Shown here: positions 11,888 to 25,301 of the stretch, piece by piece
How the letters are laid out: each line of letters opens with the position of its first letter
Position numbering within the stretch: position 1 is the first letter of the stretch
Source: Amoebophrya sp. A120
Taxonomy: Eukaryota > Protista > Dinoflagellata
Reading direction: 5' to 3'
DNA: 64,000 nt
Assembly (NCBI GenBank): GCA_905178155.1
Contig: CAJINV010000014.1
Location: 1,826,593-1,890,592 of the forward strand
The notes under the pieces: model-generated
What the model was told of the DNA's origin: nothing
What the model saw: the letters and a program-made list of their open reading frames with translations, nothing else
Database searches by the model: none
Program-made: the position numbers and the translations under genes

Positions 11888-14800
11888 TCAGTACGCGATT
11901 ATGTAGAAAAAGTCGGCGAATACCATGAAGTAGAAGGAAACGCGAAAGATCAGTCCGCTCTCCCAGCTGCCGTGGGGCACGTGCGCGTCAAACAACACGG
12001 TCGAGAAATACCAGGCACCTAGGGCCGCGGCGACGTTTTTCACGGTGGCAATCATCGCAATCGAGCTGGCTCGGTGGTGTATCAGCTTTGGGTCGCAGGA
12101 GATCGCCTGGGTCAGAAACGCGAACCGCATCGAGCTCTGCCACCCCATAAGACAGGTGAACGCAGAAAAGACCATGTACAGCTTCGGCCCGCGATATGCG
12201 GCGGAAATCCATGTTCTTTCACTTTCAAGTTCATACTGCGCAATCCGTTGACTTTGATTATGCACGAAGAAGATATGTCTTTATGACTCACTGATGCAAC
12301 AGGCACCATAGACATGCACATGTGCATCAAAAAGCTTGCATTATCTTAGCGCACCATGGAAGTGAAAGAGTTCTTGGTGGAGCAGGTAGGGTGGATTTCA
12401 CACAGCATACGACAACAGGAATGTGGGCGGAGAGGCTGTAAGAGCCCATGCACAAATATCCCAGATAACAGAACTGCTCACACCATGATCGCCCTCAATG
12501 TCAGTTTTCCCTTTTTGTGTTGCATAAAAAAAATGCAAAACACGGCCGCCCGTACTTCAATGCGCATATGGGCATCACAAACTTAGGGCGAGAGATGGTG
12601 AGCAAGGAGGTACTATCCATGTTGATAACAGTGTTTGAAACACCGATGCGACAATGAGCAGTTTCCCGAGCTTCTTGTACACATCTTGGCCTTCATCCTG
12701 TGCTCCTGCTTCTGCAGATAAAGGGCGCGCACTAGAAGAAGTAGCCGTGTGGAGGAGAGTATGTGTCGTGGAGTCGTTTCTATCTCTATCCAGAGGAATA
12801 AAATTTTCATCCCCATCAAGCAATAGCAACATCTATTTTCGCATCGCAAATACAGACACGCGCACGACTTCATGTTTTCCATGCCAAATAATTCTAAATG
12901 CAAATGGGGGTAAAAAGAACAATTTTACTGTGGATAATTTTGCTCGAAGCGCTCCAGTTGGCCTTCTTGATCTAGATGCTGCTGGAAATCGAATTCCGTG
13001 CCGCCAATTTCTTGATTCTGGCTCCTGCTTCCGTTTGAACCGCTGTAGCTGCTCGCGCTACTTGTGGTTTGTCTCTCTCCACCACCACGACCGACAGCGA
13101 CATACCGCAACACGAAGGGTAGGAGCGACAAGCTGCAGACGTGCACCCAGCCAAGCTTCGCCCACAGCCGCTCCAACGCCCCGGGCGCCCAGTCCCAGAC
13201 AGCGATGGTATAGGACGCCAAAACTTCCCACTTGCTCTCCGCGAGGTAGTAGAACAGAATCTGCACTGACCAAAGCCTAAGAAACGAGCTCTGCCGGCAC
13301 AGCAGGAGATTTACCTTGAACGTTTCCCGAAACAGATTGTGAAGAAAAAGTAGCCGCGAGCGCCAACTATGCCAGTCGAACAGAGACGCCAAGTAGTGGT
13401 GGACGGCCTTTTCAATACTACCGCCCTTGTTCATCTGCGAGGTTGGCCCTGCTCCTCCAAAAAACGCTGAATGCAGATTGGTCTGCTGCTGAATTTTCGA
13501 GTCTTTTGTCGACCCGCGACCTCCGTTCATGTCAACGTCGCCGAAGGAGGCAGCTCCTCCTGCTGTGGCGTATGCAATGCAAAAGTATCGAGGTCGCACG
13601 TAGTAGGAATCACATGGCAAAAGTTATTTGTATAACGAAAATATGGATAATTTCCTACATGCAGATTCAAATAAAGAAAGGAGCTGCTCGGTCATGCGTG
13701 ACTGGCCTGATTTATAAAGCGTACGGATGCGTCGCCTTGGCCTTTTGCACAGGATAATAATATTGTGTCCACTTCATTAACATCGTCCCAGTAGCTTGAG
13801 GACCTCCGTCTTTTCAGGAGCTCCTGCTCATCTTGGTTGCCATTCCGCTCGCGTTGCGTTGTGACCGCCTTGTGCAGTCCGAAAGAAGCGTTATCCCCGT
13901 GGCCTAGTGTCGTGGGGTGGTGGTGCTGTGTAGTGGCCGAGTTCGCTCCTGCTGTGGTGGATGACAAAGGTGAACCTGGCCGGGAACAAGAAGAAGTGGG
14001 GGAGCTACCACTGCTACCTCGACTTAGTCGCGGTGGCGACGGCGAGAGTTCTGCAGAATAACCATCGGCAGTAGTTGTCGTGGAAAATGAGGTTGACGCA
14101 GTAGAAGTTGCGGCTGCTGCTGCAGTTTCTGTACTTGCGCCAGCCGTTCTTCTGGGAGAGGACTCCCCCCAAGGTGCGTTTATTCCACTTCGTGCGGTGA
14201 TTCGCTTTCGACAACACGAAGCCATCGTGCTTGTGGTGACGAGTTGCGGAAGTTTATACAAATTATACCGGTGGAAAGATGAACTTATACCGGCATTATG
14301 TGCAGCGGAAGTTGTAGAAAATGAGTCGTGAGGCGGGACATCATTTTCAACATTCGTCAGCCTACCGTCGTGGTCGACGAGGTTGTATTCTGACGACACA
14401 ACCGAACGCATTTCGCCGCCAGCTGCCATGTTGTTCCCAACGTCATTTCTCGTCGTGTGAGCGGTCGTTGCGGCTGCAGCTGCGCTTCCCTTTCGTGGCT
14501 TCGTCTCCGGCAGAAACTTGCTTTGCCAGAGAAACACGACGAAGGCAATCAAGAAGCAGATAACGTAGACTTTTCCGAAATCCGAGGGCAGAAGGACGCC
14601 AATGGATTGTTCTTGCGCATGGTGCATCGACAACGCTGGAGATGCAGATGACACTGCATCTGCGCTACTTGTAGCTTCTTGTTGTGGCTGGTCCGTGTCA
14701 TTCACTCTTGGTTCCAACCTGCTGGACAAGAACCTCGCTACGAGAAACTGAGCCACCGTGGTGCACAGCATGCTGGTGATGTCGAAAAAAGTGTTCATGG

Positions 14801-17078
14801 TCACCTGCAAATTCACGTCGTGTGCGCAGTATCCAGAGACAAATTCGTTTTCTTCCTTTGACCAGACACGACGGACGACGGAGAAAAAGCACGACTCAAA
14901 ATTCAGGCAACAGCTGTACGAGTTTTGCGTAGGGCTTGCTTGAAAAATATACGAGCAATTAAGATCAGAGAGCAGTCATGTTCATGTCAACACGTTGCAC
15001 TGAAGATACAGGTTGTAATACGTCGTGCGTCGTGCTGGCACAATAACTACATATTGAAGCTCCATTGCCTCGCATACGGAAAGATCCATCATGATATTGT
15101 GAATGGCGAAGCCGAGACAGTTGTAGGCCGGCGGATCCAGGAAAAAACACCCATCCACATCAACTTTTTACATGACAGGCACTGGACTTGATGCGAGTTT
15201 TGCATGGCAAATTGGATGGGGATGGGTCTTTTTTTGTGGATACAGTGCACCGTGGAAAAAAACCGCGACGGGGACGAGAATGGAGTCGAGGTTATGAAAG
15301 CACCAGGATCGAAATCGACGATAGAAGTTGAAATAGCTTGCAATCTTTATGCACAAAACCGGTGGCACTTGGAAGCCCAGTTTCATCTAAGCGGCGCATG
15401 ACAGATTTCGGTATTTAGCACATATATCTAGTCTGTCAGGCTGGTTTGGGAAAGAGAGCATCGTTTGTCATGCTACTTGAGCCAGTCTATCTCCAACCCC
15501 GAACAGGCTGACAATCGGACTGACTTGCCTGCCCTCCAATACAGGCAGTTTGGGCATTCGCATTGCATTTTATGCATTACAAATTTTGACTTCGACTTTG
15601 TCGATTTCGATTATGACACCCCCATACAGGTTCGGCCGGACATAGTGTTCGAAGAATCCGGTGAGCAGCCTGCTCGCGAACGGCGGCAGTGGGAAGATGA
15701 TGTGACTCTCCACGGTGGCTGCGTCAATGTCTTCCAGCTTTTGCTGCTCTACTAGTACTTCTTGTTGGGGAACGACGAAGTTACTTTGCTGCAGCATCGT
15801 CGTCCCTCCTGCTGCGGAATCTTCGGGACTACCAATTTTTCCGCTAGAAAACGGCGAAGAAGTGGTCCAACTATGTCGATGCCCTTCTTGTTGAGCAAGA
15901 CTTCCGACGTCGGGATCTGGCATGGGAAACAACGCGCTTGATGTTCGTCCCAGAGATCCTGCTGCCTTATCGTGTTGGAAGCCGAAGGCGACGATCGAAA
16001 GCAAGAAGAAGTAGAGGATCAGCCCCAAACACGCGTAGTGCGTGATGTATTTGCGACCGTACATGTCCCCCAAGCAACCGAACACGGGCAGGCTAAATGC
16101 GTGTGCCAGGATCCGCACACAGTCCAACCGGCCCCCGCGCTGTTGCGCCTGCTCCACAACCTGGTCGTGGTCGTCACAGTAAAACGAGGCACGCTGGTAC
16201 TGCATGTTGGGGGGAGCAGCGGACGCTGTTGCAGTTTCTGCGCCTGTAGGATTTCTTGCGGCAGGAGGTTCCACTTCTGAGGCTTTTGATGTGCTGGTCT
16301 TGCTGCCCGTGGTCGTGCTTTGCGCGGTGGTACTGCTGAACAAGTAAGAACTACTGCTGGCGCCCCGCTCGCCCTCGACAACGAACAACTTCTCTTCGTC
16401 CTGCAGAGAGGTGGCTGAAGATGCGCTTTGTAGAAGATCTTCTCGTTTGGGCGGCGCTCCATCTTGTGCTGGACCGATTCCTTTAACGGCGCCGGTTGTG
16501 AAGAAGATGTCCTTAACATCATTTTTTCGCCGGTCGTGGGCCTCCTTCTCATTGGTTCGGTCCCGGGGATGCAGGAATTGCGTGGACGAGAACCACTTCG
16601 CGACGTCTCCTGTGTGTTGCTCTTGATCTTGTCCACCTAGTGCCACTTGACCGATTTCCATCTTCGCGTCTTTTCGTTCCACCGCATTATTGCCATTGGT
16701 CTGCTCCTCCTCCTCCTTCGCAAGGGCAGCGGAAGTAGCTCCTGAAGTTCCTTCGTTCGCAGCATCACTGCTCTGCGGTAGTTCATCCGAAACATCACCT
16801 GCACGACCACGAGGACTCATACCTGCCTCGCGCTCCTGCGGCAGCTGGAGCAGAGATGGTGGAGACGCAGTTGTGGTTATTTTCGAGCTGGAGGCGCCCG
16901 TATCAAAAACCGGCGTTGGCGAAAAGAGCGACGACTCCGAGTTTCTCGTAGTTGTCGTGTCACACACGACCAAGCTGCGCAAAAAGGGCACAAACAAGGA
17001 ACGCTCCAGCTGGGAGAGCGCCGTCTGACCCAGGAGGTGCACCCCAAGCAGGGCCCACGTGCCTGGCGGGACTCTCAT
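11888..17078 (-). CDS. Major facilitator superfamily transporter, multi-exon
   Basis: MFS motif A-like GCLGDMYGRK; many hydrophobic helices across ORFs 15570-17078, 13692-14816, 12925-13620, 12575-12832 and 11888-12265. Confidence 0.8.
12787..12936. mobile_element. Degenerate introner-like element
   Basis: tatcca...tgtggata; DR atctc/atttt; frame restored (EQN/RNDS). Confidence 0.6.
13571..13756. mobile_element. Introner-like element, family A, DR decayed
   Basis: tatgcaatgcaaaagtatcg...cttttgcacaggata; flanks tggcg/ataat differ, but element+5 nt removal is in frame. Confidence 0.7.
15134..15242. mobile_element. Introner-like element, family D
   Basis: atccaggaaaaaacacccatccacatc...gatgggtctttttttgtggata; similar to 37903-38012; DR cggcg/cagtg. 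Confidence 0.8.
15293..15626. mobile_element. Introner-like element, family E
   Basis: tatgaaagcaccaggatcgaaatcgac / gtcgatttcgattatgacacccccata; DR gaggt/caggt; frame restored (RPN/LDSI). Confidence 0.85.
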
Positions 17079-19005
17079 GATAGTCGTAGCGTTTTTTAGC
17101 TGTACTATCCACAGAATGGCGGGAGGGCAGCAGGTGTGGACTTTAAAGATCCGTACCAGCAGTTTTCTTCAGACTAGTACACGGCAAGACGCTAGTACAA
17201 CACCCGGTTGGGCTTATTTGCGAGGTTGTGTCGCGACCACTCCACATCGGAGATGCGGTGACGAAGGTGTTGACGCACCACACTTGAGAGAAGAGATGAA
17301 TGCTTGCGTTCTGTAAGTATCTATATAACTCTCGTCGTTCAGGAGCAGGCTCGTCGCGCTCCTGCTGAGCTGCGAGATCATTTTGGAGGTGCCCTCGTTT
17401 TCCCCACCTCTCGTCGTCGCTCCAGTTGTACATACAGATATAAGGGGGCTCCTGCTCAAGAACTCCAGGAGGTGCTCGGTGTAGTACAAGTACGTACCCG
17501 CCTGTCTAGCTTCTATCGCACGTACTCAAAGTTATGATCTTCGGGGAAATACATCATACTTATTCGTATTCCCACAGCTTCTATCTTCGAGGAAGACGAT
17601 GCTGTTCATTTGTAAAAATAAATTCGTTGATCTTCATTCTTCGTGCTCTACTTCGATAGCCGAGGCCGACGACGAACACTTTTCGCTTGTCAAATTACGC
17701 AGGCACGAGTCTGAGACCGATAGTGCACTGCTCACTTATTTTTGAATTTTCATGATGGCAGCGTTAGCGTGTGGTTTCATTTGAATCGCTCCGGGGAGCG
17801 TCGCAAAAGAAATTGATTTATCCCACGGTTTTTCGATGCTGTCGGCCGCCAGCTGCGGGCTTGCGACTGCCTGCATCGTGCATTCTGCCTTCTCGTGAAG
17901 GAAGATGCTGCTGCTTGTAATTCCGATCTGAGGAGCACAAACACGACACTACAGAAAAATGATTTCTACCGACGGGCGGCTGCGGGCTAGTTCTCCAATC
18001 TGGAGTCTAGAGTACCTTTGTCGATCTCGGTATCGTGCTATGGTGCTCTGGTGGTGCTGTGTGTGCAATAAATGAATTGGGGAGGACGTTGTCGATGCTA
18101 CATAGTTCCATCAAATAGAAACAAATAAGATGAGGTTGCTGTACAACAATACTACTTCTAAAGGAGGTACTCGCTCCTCTGCTTCTTCTTCTTTTTCTTA
18201 AAGATACGGTCAACATTATTTAGTGTTGCAAGCGATCGAGTAATTTCACTATGAGCTGCAGCCTGCAGGAGTACTTACTCACGTGAATAAACTACACACG
18301 GCACTTCATTCTTTCAAACTACTCTCGATGCTCAACACCAAAGCGAACGCCCCCGTTTTGCCTGGTTGTAGGTAAAAGCTCCTTCTTTTTCGAGCTTCCT
18401 TCTAAAAGTCATACGCCTCAACTGATTTGTGGCCGACCCTTTGCAGTAGTGTGCGGCGCGGCGCAGCCCGACATGGTCGTGAATGCTGGGGTGTTGTATC
18501 CTGTCTCGCACCCTCCGTAACCATTACCATTGTAGCCACCACTATATCTTCGTAAGCATTGAACATTAGCATTCGCATTGATCCTGATCCTGCGGGCTCC
18601 GTAATCAAACAAGATCATAAGTTTCAATATGAATATGTAGCCGTGCAGCCAATAATTTTGCAGTGGTTCCTGGAATTGCATCTCGTGCACATAGGAGTAC
18701 TACTTTCAACTACTTTTGGAAAAAAATCTTGGAATATTTATAAAATTTGTCATGAATCATACAGAAAGAAGACGAAGTGCCTTGCAAAGCAGTTAGTGTG
18801 ACTTAGAATTTTTTCGATTTCGCTCACTCGCTAAATTCTGCGTTGTCCCGTCTCCGCCTTAGCGTCTCCGTTATCTCGTCCCCGCAGCGTCTTTTGAAAG
18901 TGAGCAAATCTCAATCCGGCACCTAATGAGATTCAAGGGCAGAAAAAAAACGCGAACGGCAGTCCTCGATATAAGGACTGTCTAAGGCTGAACGCCGGGC
19001 AGATT

Positions 19006-21982
19006 TCAATAATCATATCGTCTCCGCGGATCTAGTACGCTCGGTCTCGTTGGCGGAGTGAAGCTTATGTCCCGGATTGGCGGAGTGAAGCTTGGCGGAG
19101 TGAAGCTTGGCGGAGTGAAGCTTATGTCGGGTGAGCTCAAGAAGGAAAAACTTTTGTCCTCAAATTCGATCCTCCCGCGCTGGAAAACCTCGCCCGCATA
19201 GGAGTCTGTCACATCGACTATTGCAAGACAAAATTCCCCCTCCCCATACTCAAAAGAGGATTTGTGACGTGCGACCGTTTGTATGTTTATTTAAGTACAC
19301 AAGTTCAAGTCCTCAGCTCTCTCTTCCATCAAGGGACCACTGAAGGCGCGTTTTATTTTCTAGGGCTGCTCAGGCTTCTAGAACGCCAGCAGCCCTTGCC
19401 CTTCAGCATGATAGACGCTTCTAGTTCTAGTGCTAGTGCTGTACTAGGTTAAGACGCATATACAGATTGGTTGTGCACCGCCACTGCTTCGTGTCGCTCT
19501 TGCTTGCCCAATATGCAAGAGACTTTGCATACACTTACACGAATAAGCATCACAAATCTCGTTTTTTGTGGATTTTCAACCTGGCGAGTGGGGATTTTTT
19601 CCCATGATATCGACTTTTGCTGCCAAATTCAATCGACCTGTGTAGTGCCTCCACGAAGTGTAGTTGCCCTGCCCCATATGAGGGTGCACAACTCTCCCCT
19701 CGTCACCTCATTTGTCATGCCAAGCGCAAAAAATAGTGCCGTTTCCGTTTGTCATTTGACAACGTTCGCATGACAAGTTTCGGGAGCCCGAAGGAAACTA
19801 AAAAGAGCACATGATCGCGGCCCCACGACATATGGATGAGACACTCTATATGTGTATAATCTGATATGCAAATCAAGCTGCTGCAGCTGCAGCGGAGTTG
19901 GTATTGCTATTGCTAAGCAATAGCAATACCAACTCCGCTGCATGAACAGCAAGACAAGCAGCTTGTCTTGCGGTCCATGCAATACAAATGAGTGGGGGCG
20001 GGAGTTGTGCAATCTCATAGTCAGGGAAACGATGGAGGACAGTGATTTCCGTGCTAAGCACACACAGACTCCGATCCTCGGAATTGTGCAGCAACAGAAA
20101 CTTAAGCGAAACTCTCGGCAGTCTAGGGACACTACTGCGGAGCCACGGTACTGTCTGCACACTGCTCATCGTGAGCTTGAGAATGTTCCATTCTATGCAG
20201 AGGAAGTCTTTGTTGATTTTCTTGCGAAGTGGTGCTGCAGCTGATGGTCGCATTCCAAAAAAAAAAGGCTTTGCGTGGCTTCATCACCACATCTAGCAAA
20301 TGCCGCACTTAAGTACTAACTTAAACAACGGAAAGAAAAGGTGGCGAGAGCCCGCCATGGACTTGGTCGACAGGGTTTGTTTCTTGTACTTAGGACTTGG
20401 TCGACAGGGTTTGCTTGAACCAATCCACGCGGCGCGCGCCGCGTGGGGGTAAATGCGAATACTCTTCAGAGGAGGTCTTAAGTGAGACGTGAAGATCAGA
20501 GTCAAGCTGTCCACTTGACCTAAAGGTAGAATCTCCAAGCTCGGCTTTTATTTCTCCCTAGTGAGGTTGTTGCCTTTGGCTGCTCTCGGAGGAGCTAAAA
20601 ACAGAAAAACAAAAAGCCAACAGACCGGCTAAAAACAAAAGCCAAAAGTCCGGCTTTTGCTGTCCAAAAACGAACAGCTTCTGGCTTTATTTTAGACCTA
20701 GAATTCAAGAAAGCGGCTTTTTCGTCACAGAAGTGGCTATTTTTCGTTTGTCCGGAATTGGCCAGAAGCAGCCAAAAGGTGGCCTCTTTTGGCCATGCTG
20801 GTACGTCGTGGCTTGGCGCAACCTTCAGAAGACCTTTAGAAGGTTTCTTGACCTGTTGTAAAGGCCTTCAAAAATGCAATATTTGATGGAGGCACTGCCT
20901 CTGCTACAAAAGTAGCAATATTTGGCAGTCGCAACCTTCAGAAGACCTTCAGAAGGTTTGATCGGAAGCAACCTTCAGAAGGTTTGATCAGAAATCGCAA
21001 TCTTCAGAGGACCTTCTTTTTTGATCAAAAGTGTCATTTTTGATTTTCAATCTTCAGAAGGTTTTGAAAGTCCGACCTTCAGAAGGTTCAAAACTTTAAG
21101 AAGGTCAAAAAGTGAGCACCACCTGCCAAACCTTCAAAAGGTTTTTTGGATCAAAAACCTTCTGAACACGCTGCAGAGAGGACATCCTCTGGCTCTGAAG
21201 GTTCAGAGAGCCCGCCATGGATTTGGTCGACCGGGTTTCTTTCTTGTACTCAATACACAGCGCCAGAAGCTGCACAAGCGTCCTCGCCGGTCTCGCGAAA
21301 TAATAGCAATACAAAATATCATGACACAGGAAACTGGAGAGACAATGTAGCCACTCATCTGCTCGAACTCTTGCAACCACTCGAGGTGAAAACCAACAAG
21401 TTACAACGAAATCCCGTGCATACAGGTGGGCGGGTAAGAAACAAGTCGGTCAGCAACGAAACGGTCCGTGCCCTTGGCAGAAAAAAAATCGAACGGCAGC
21501 GGAAGTCTTTCGCCAGGCCGACCCACGAGACGTTTCTCCAACTCCACCCCCAGAAGCATGCTATTTGAGTCTAGTTTGTCCGCAGTGAGCTCTTCGAAAT
21601 CTGCGAGTACGGACTCTTCATTTCCGGTTTGTGGAGCCTGCGTGTGGCGCGGACCCAGGTCGAGCAAGAGCCTCCGAAAGCGTCCGTTCTGACGTACAAG
21701 CGTATCCCAAACGAAGCCCGCGAATTCTTTGGCACTATCAACCTGGCCCGGCTCAGAAAACAGCGTCCCATCTCTGAAAGAAGCCACCGGGCTCGTGTCT
21801 GACAGTCGGCCCAACGCCGCAGCGATGCCCGTTTCCATGGCTGGGAATCTCTCCGCATGGTTGGCAGCGAAGTATCTATTCCTTCGCTTTCCGCAGCGCG
21901 TTGCTCTGCAAGAATCCGCCACGTCCGAGGCCCGCATCCGAAAAAATTCTTGCTTGGAGCCCAGGATCGCTCTCTTGGGCAA
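19006..21982 (-). CDS. Multi-exon hypothetical protein (5' end uncertain, possibly near 22170)
   Basis: ORFs 19873-20253 and 19006-19212 join in frame across the two 3' elements; link to ORFs 21401-21982 and 21105-21380 is less certain. Confidence 0.4.
19050..19126. repeat. 15-bp coding repeat (SFTPP x4)
   Basis: ttggcggagtgaagc repeated four times. Confidence 0.85.
19219..19609. mobile_element. Introner-like element, family F
   Basis: tattgcaagacaaaattccccctccccatactc resembles the 27171 end; DR tcgac; frame restored (AKV/DVTD). Confidence 0.8.
19677..20019. mobile_element. Introner-like element, family C, enlarged, DR decayed
   Basis: tatgagggtgcacaactc / gagttgtgcaatctcata; flanks cccca/gtcag; element+5 nt removal is in frame. 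Confidence 0.75.
20391..21205. mobile_element. Repeat-rich insertion flanked by a ~45-bp direct duplication
   Basis: Flanks 20346-20390 and 21206-21250 nearly identical; many internal ccttcagaagg palindromes; short tgaacc...ggttca ends. Confidence 0.65.
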
Positions 21983-23646
21983 ACTTGTTCCACGCTGGCA
22001 TGTTCAGTTCCTTGAGCGCCGCACTTCGACTCCGCGTCGCATGACACAAGATTGTCGAGAAGCAGGAGGAGAGACAAACACACACGCGGATGAAGAAAAA
22101 GATCGAGATCGAGGAACTCTTGTTCCTCCTGCTGTCTGGTGGAGTCAAAGTAGAAACGGGCGACATCATTTTTTTCAGGAATATAAACAGCAACTAAATG
22201 GAAGCTAGGTCCAACGTGTGTAAGAAGATGGTTTTGTTGTTTTTGCTTTGTTTTCTATACCGAAGCTGAGGCTGAGAACTTGTTGCGTATCGCAATGTAC
22301 GTGGCCGTGATTTGTGCTAAACTTGGGCTACTGCGATAGTTGTTTGCTTGTTTTGGATGGTCACTCACGTGGAACCTCTTGAAAGTTTTTGAAAGTTTTT
22401 TTGCTTTCTGTTTCTCCTCACGCGGCTAGCGCTACTTCAATAAAAAGACAAGCAAAGCAAACAACTACTTGTGGCTTGGACCCTATAGAAAAGATTTTTT
22501 GCTGGAGGATGGCTACACCTACACGAACCTTGGGAAAAGGTAAAAAGTTGGTGCTGTTGGTGTTGAAAAGATAAATGATTCGAATTTATTCGAATAATAA
22601 AAATATACAGCTGCGATAATTCAAGACACGTACTTAAAAGTTGTTCTGTACTGCTAGCAAGTGGGCGTGGAAAGAGCAGGGTGGGTTCCTGTTTGATTCA
22701 CTAGCATGGAATTGCACTTCTTTATGTAGACTAAGAGACGTCGCGCCACAACTACAAGCGCAAGTCGCTTTGATGGTGATTTACATAGCCTTCGGGTCTC
22801 TATAACAACAAACATTTTCTGAATGATGATGATCTTGCTTCAAAACCGATGACTACCTCCGTTCGATCTCCTCTCGTTTAAAATCGAAACACACAGATGC
22901 GCTGTAGATCCATTCTTGTGAAGACGTTTCGGCTTTGATGCCAGCAGCTCAATATGCAATTAGACCGATGGAACTTTTACTTGTACTTTCACCCTTTCCT
23001 GAAGATCCATCTGCATCTTCTGAATTTCAGCTGCGTCCGTTATTCAGCGAAAAAAAATACCATGACTATGACCGACATCGTTTCTTCTGCAGCATAGGCG
23101 GCGAGATTTCCGAAGATCGAGAAACATCAGACGTGTCGATTTTGCGAAGATCAAAAAGGAGATTACCGATGATGATCTCGTGCCAACAGGCCACAGTGAC
23201 TCGCAACTTCCAGCAGAACAGAGACGAGGGTTTTGCAGAGAAGGTCGACTCTTTGTCGAAGGTATGACTCGTTCTCTACACGCCGAAGTTGCGTCTAGTA
23301 CGGCTATATTTGTAAAGGAAAAAAGTACAGCACCTAGAAGATCTACAGGAGTGGGACGAAAAACTACTGAAACAGAAACTTAGGAACTGCAATCGATTTC
23401 GGTCCTCATAATCGTAAAGCCGCGCTAGTATCAATTAAATTGCATGATCAGCAATATTAAACCTGCTCTTTTCTGCTGCCTGCTGTGGTCGTGGTCCTGA
23501 TTTAAGTACATAGTTTGGAAATATTTTATTCGGATTTCCTTTTGTTCATGGTCTGATTCCGATCTCACTCGTCTGGACAGATCGGGTGGTGAAACCGCTT
23601 CACCGAGTATCAAGCAGAAAAGTGTTATTAACGCAAGCGGTTTATT

Positions 23647-24767
23647 TCAGAAACTGCAAAAATCAGGCATGACAGATTTTGCTTCGCACGCAGTCTTTGC
23701 AATGCAGATTTCTTGCTCTTTCTGCATGCGATGGGTTCTTGCATTACAAATTCCGTGAACGTTGGTTAATACATTTTCTTCTGATACCAAGGAGTCCGAA
23801 ATAATCCCGTACAGCTCCAACGCATTGCATCCAAGAAACAATTGCCATCTTCTTCTTCACTTCATCCCTCCACTTGTATTTGTAAAGTAATGCGCGAGCG
23901 CGCAACAAGAAAAGTAGAAATTGAAATGCAGTTTAAATTTTCATGCGTATGTGTAAACCATGCAAGACAAATTGGAGTCGATTATGGCATAATTTTCATT
24001 CCTCAGGATACATTGTCGATTCGTTTTAGTTCGGAGTTCAGGCTGGTGATCCGCCTTCCGCAGTGGTTGTGTAAGCAGAGGGCGTCGTGCCGCTCTTTTC
24101 CGCACATCTGCTCGTAGTCGACACTGTCACACACATCTTTGAACTCGGTCGCGTCTGTCTCGTCCACATTTTTACTTGCACTGGCCAGTATCAGGGCTGT
24201 CGTGGCTCCTGCACCTCGCGACGACTTGTTTGTCGCCGACCGCAGGATGTCTTTGACTTTTTCCTTGCGCATCACCGTGGCCGCTTTTTCGTTTTGCTGT
24301 AAGCAGTGATGCTTTTTCTCCGTGGCCAGCTGGATCTTGGCCAGACAGGTCCCGGACTCCTTGGTCACCAGAGACAGGTCCCGCACAAACGCCGCGCACT
24401 TCTCTGCCTTGACGCTCTTCAGCTGCTCCTCCCGGCACTGGCACTCCTGCAGCATGGCGCTGCAATACTTGGTCGAGTCGTCTTCCAGTAGGTGCTGGTT
24501 GGCTTGCGGACACACGATCGGGGTGGACAAGGAAGGTTTATTTGCGCCGCCGGATATTACGTAGAAGGTCGCTGTCCTCGCAGATTTATCTTGTGACGTC
24601 GTTCTTTTTGAGAACTTGAAAAAGCTCTTCCAGGAGGACGAGGAGCGATCTACAGTCCGTGTATCGACGCCTAGTTCCAGAGAAAAAGCGCAGCGCGCGA
24701 CGAAAAGCAGAGCAACGACGATTGAAACGCCGGGTGCAGGCGGAGCCCGCAAGGAGCGACCGAGCAT
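23647..24767 (-). CDS. Putative secreted cysteine-rich protein, two exons
   Basis: Hydrophobic N-terminus VSIVVALLFVARCAFS; ORF 24003-24767 joins 23647-23841 in frame (IDN/ALELY). Confidence 0.7.
23828..24010. mobile_element. Degenerate introner-like element
   Basis: catccaag...cctcaggata; DR cattg; frame restored. Confidence 0.72.
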
Positions 24768-25301
24768 CTTGTACTAATGACACGCAGCAAGCGATCGAGG
24801 GTCGAGGAAGAGGTACTACATGACGATCATGTATGAAGATCTTTTATCAATCACGTCAGAACACTTGTCTCATGTGTCAATCCAATGTACTTATATTTAT
24901 ACGTTCATCAAACAAAAGTAGATAAAGAATGCGCTGTGGACTCGCGCTCGTAGCGGCAACTGCCAGAGCATCTCTCTCTTCTGGTGAACTAGACATAGAC
25001 TCGTGGGAAAAGCAAAAATACTGTTTCACGAATGTCATCGAACAAAGAAGATCTGGTCGTCCTATGCCCTGTTCATTTGACACCGTGCTGCGTGATCCTC
25101 ATTGCCAGAAAAAATATCACTCGTTACCTTCGGCGTGCCATAAAGTTTCGATTTTGATAAATCATACACAAGAAACAAGGCTATCAGCTTCACCGTGCCC
25201 TTACTTTCACGTCCCTTGTATTAAGCTGAAATTTTATTTGGAAAAGAAAATGAGCTAGTTATTTTCGCTCCACCTCGTCCTCATTCATCTCAAAGCAAGC
25301 C

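Noticed and set aside
17143-18690. Possible small multi-exon gene (gtgagt donor near 18283, short ORFs)
   Set aside because: I could not build a consistent reading frame or recognise a product
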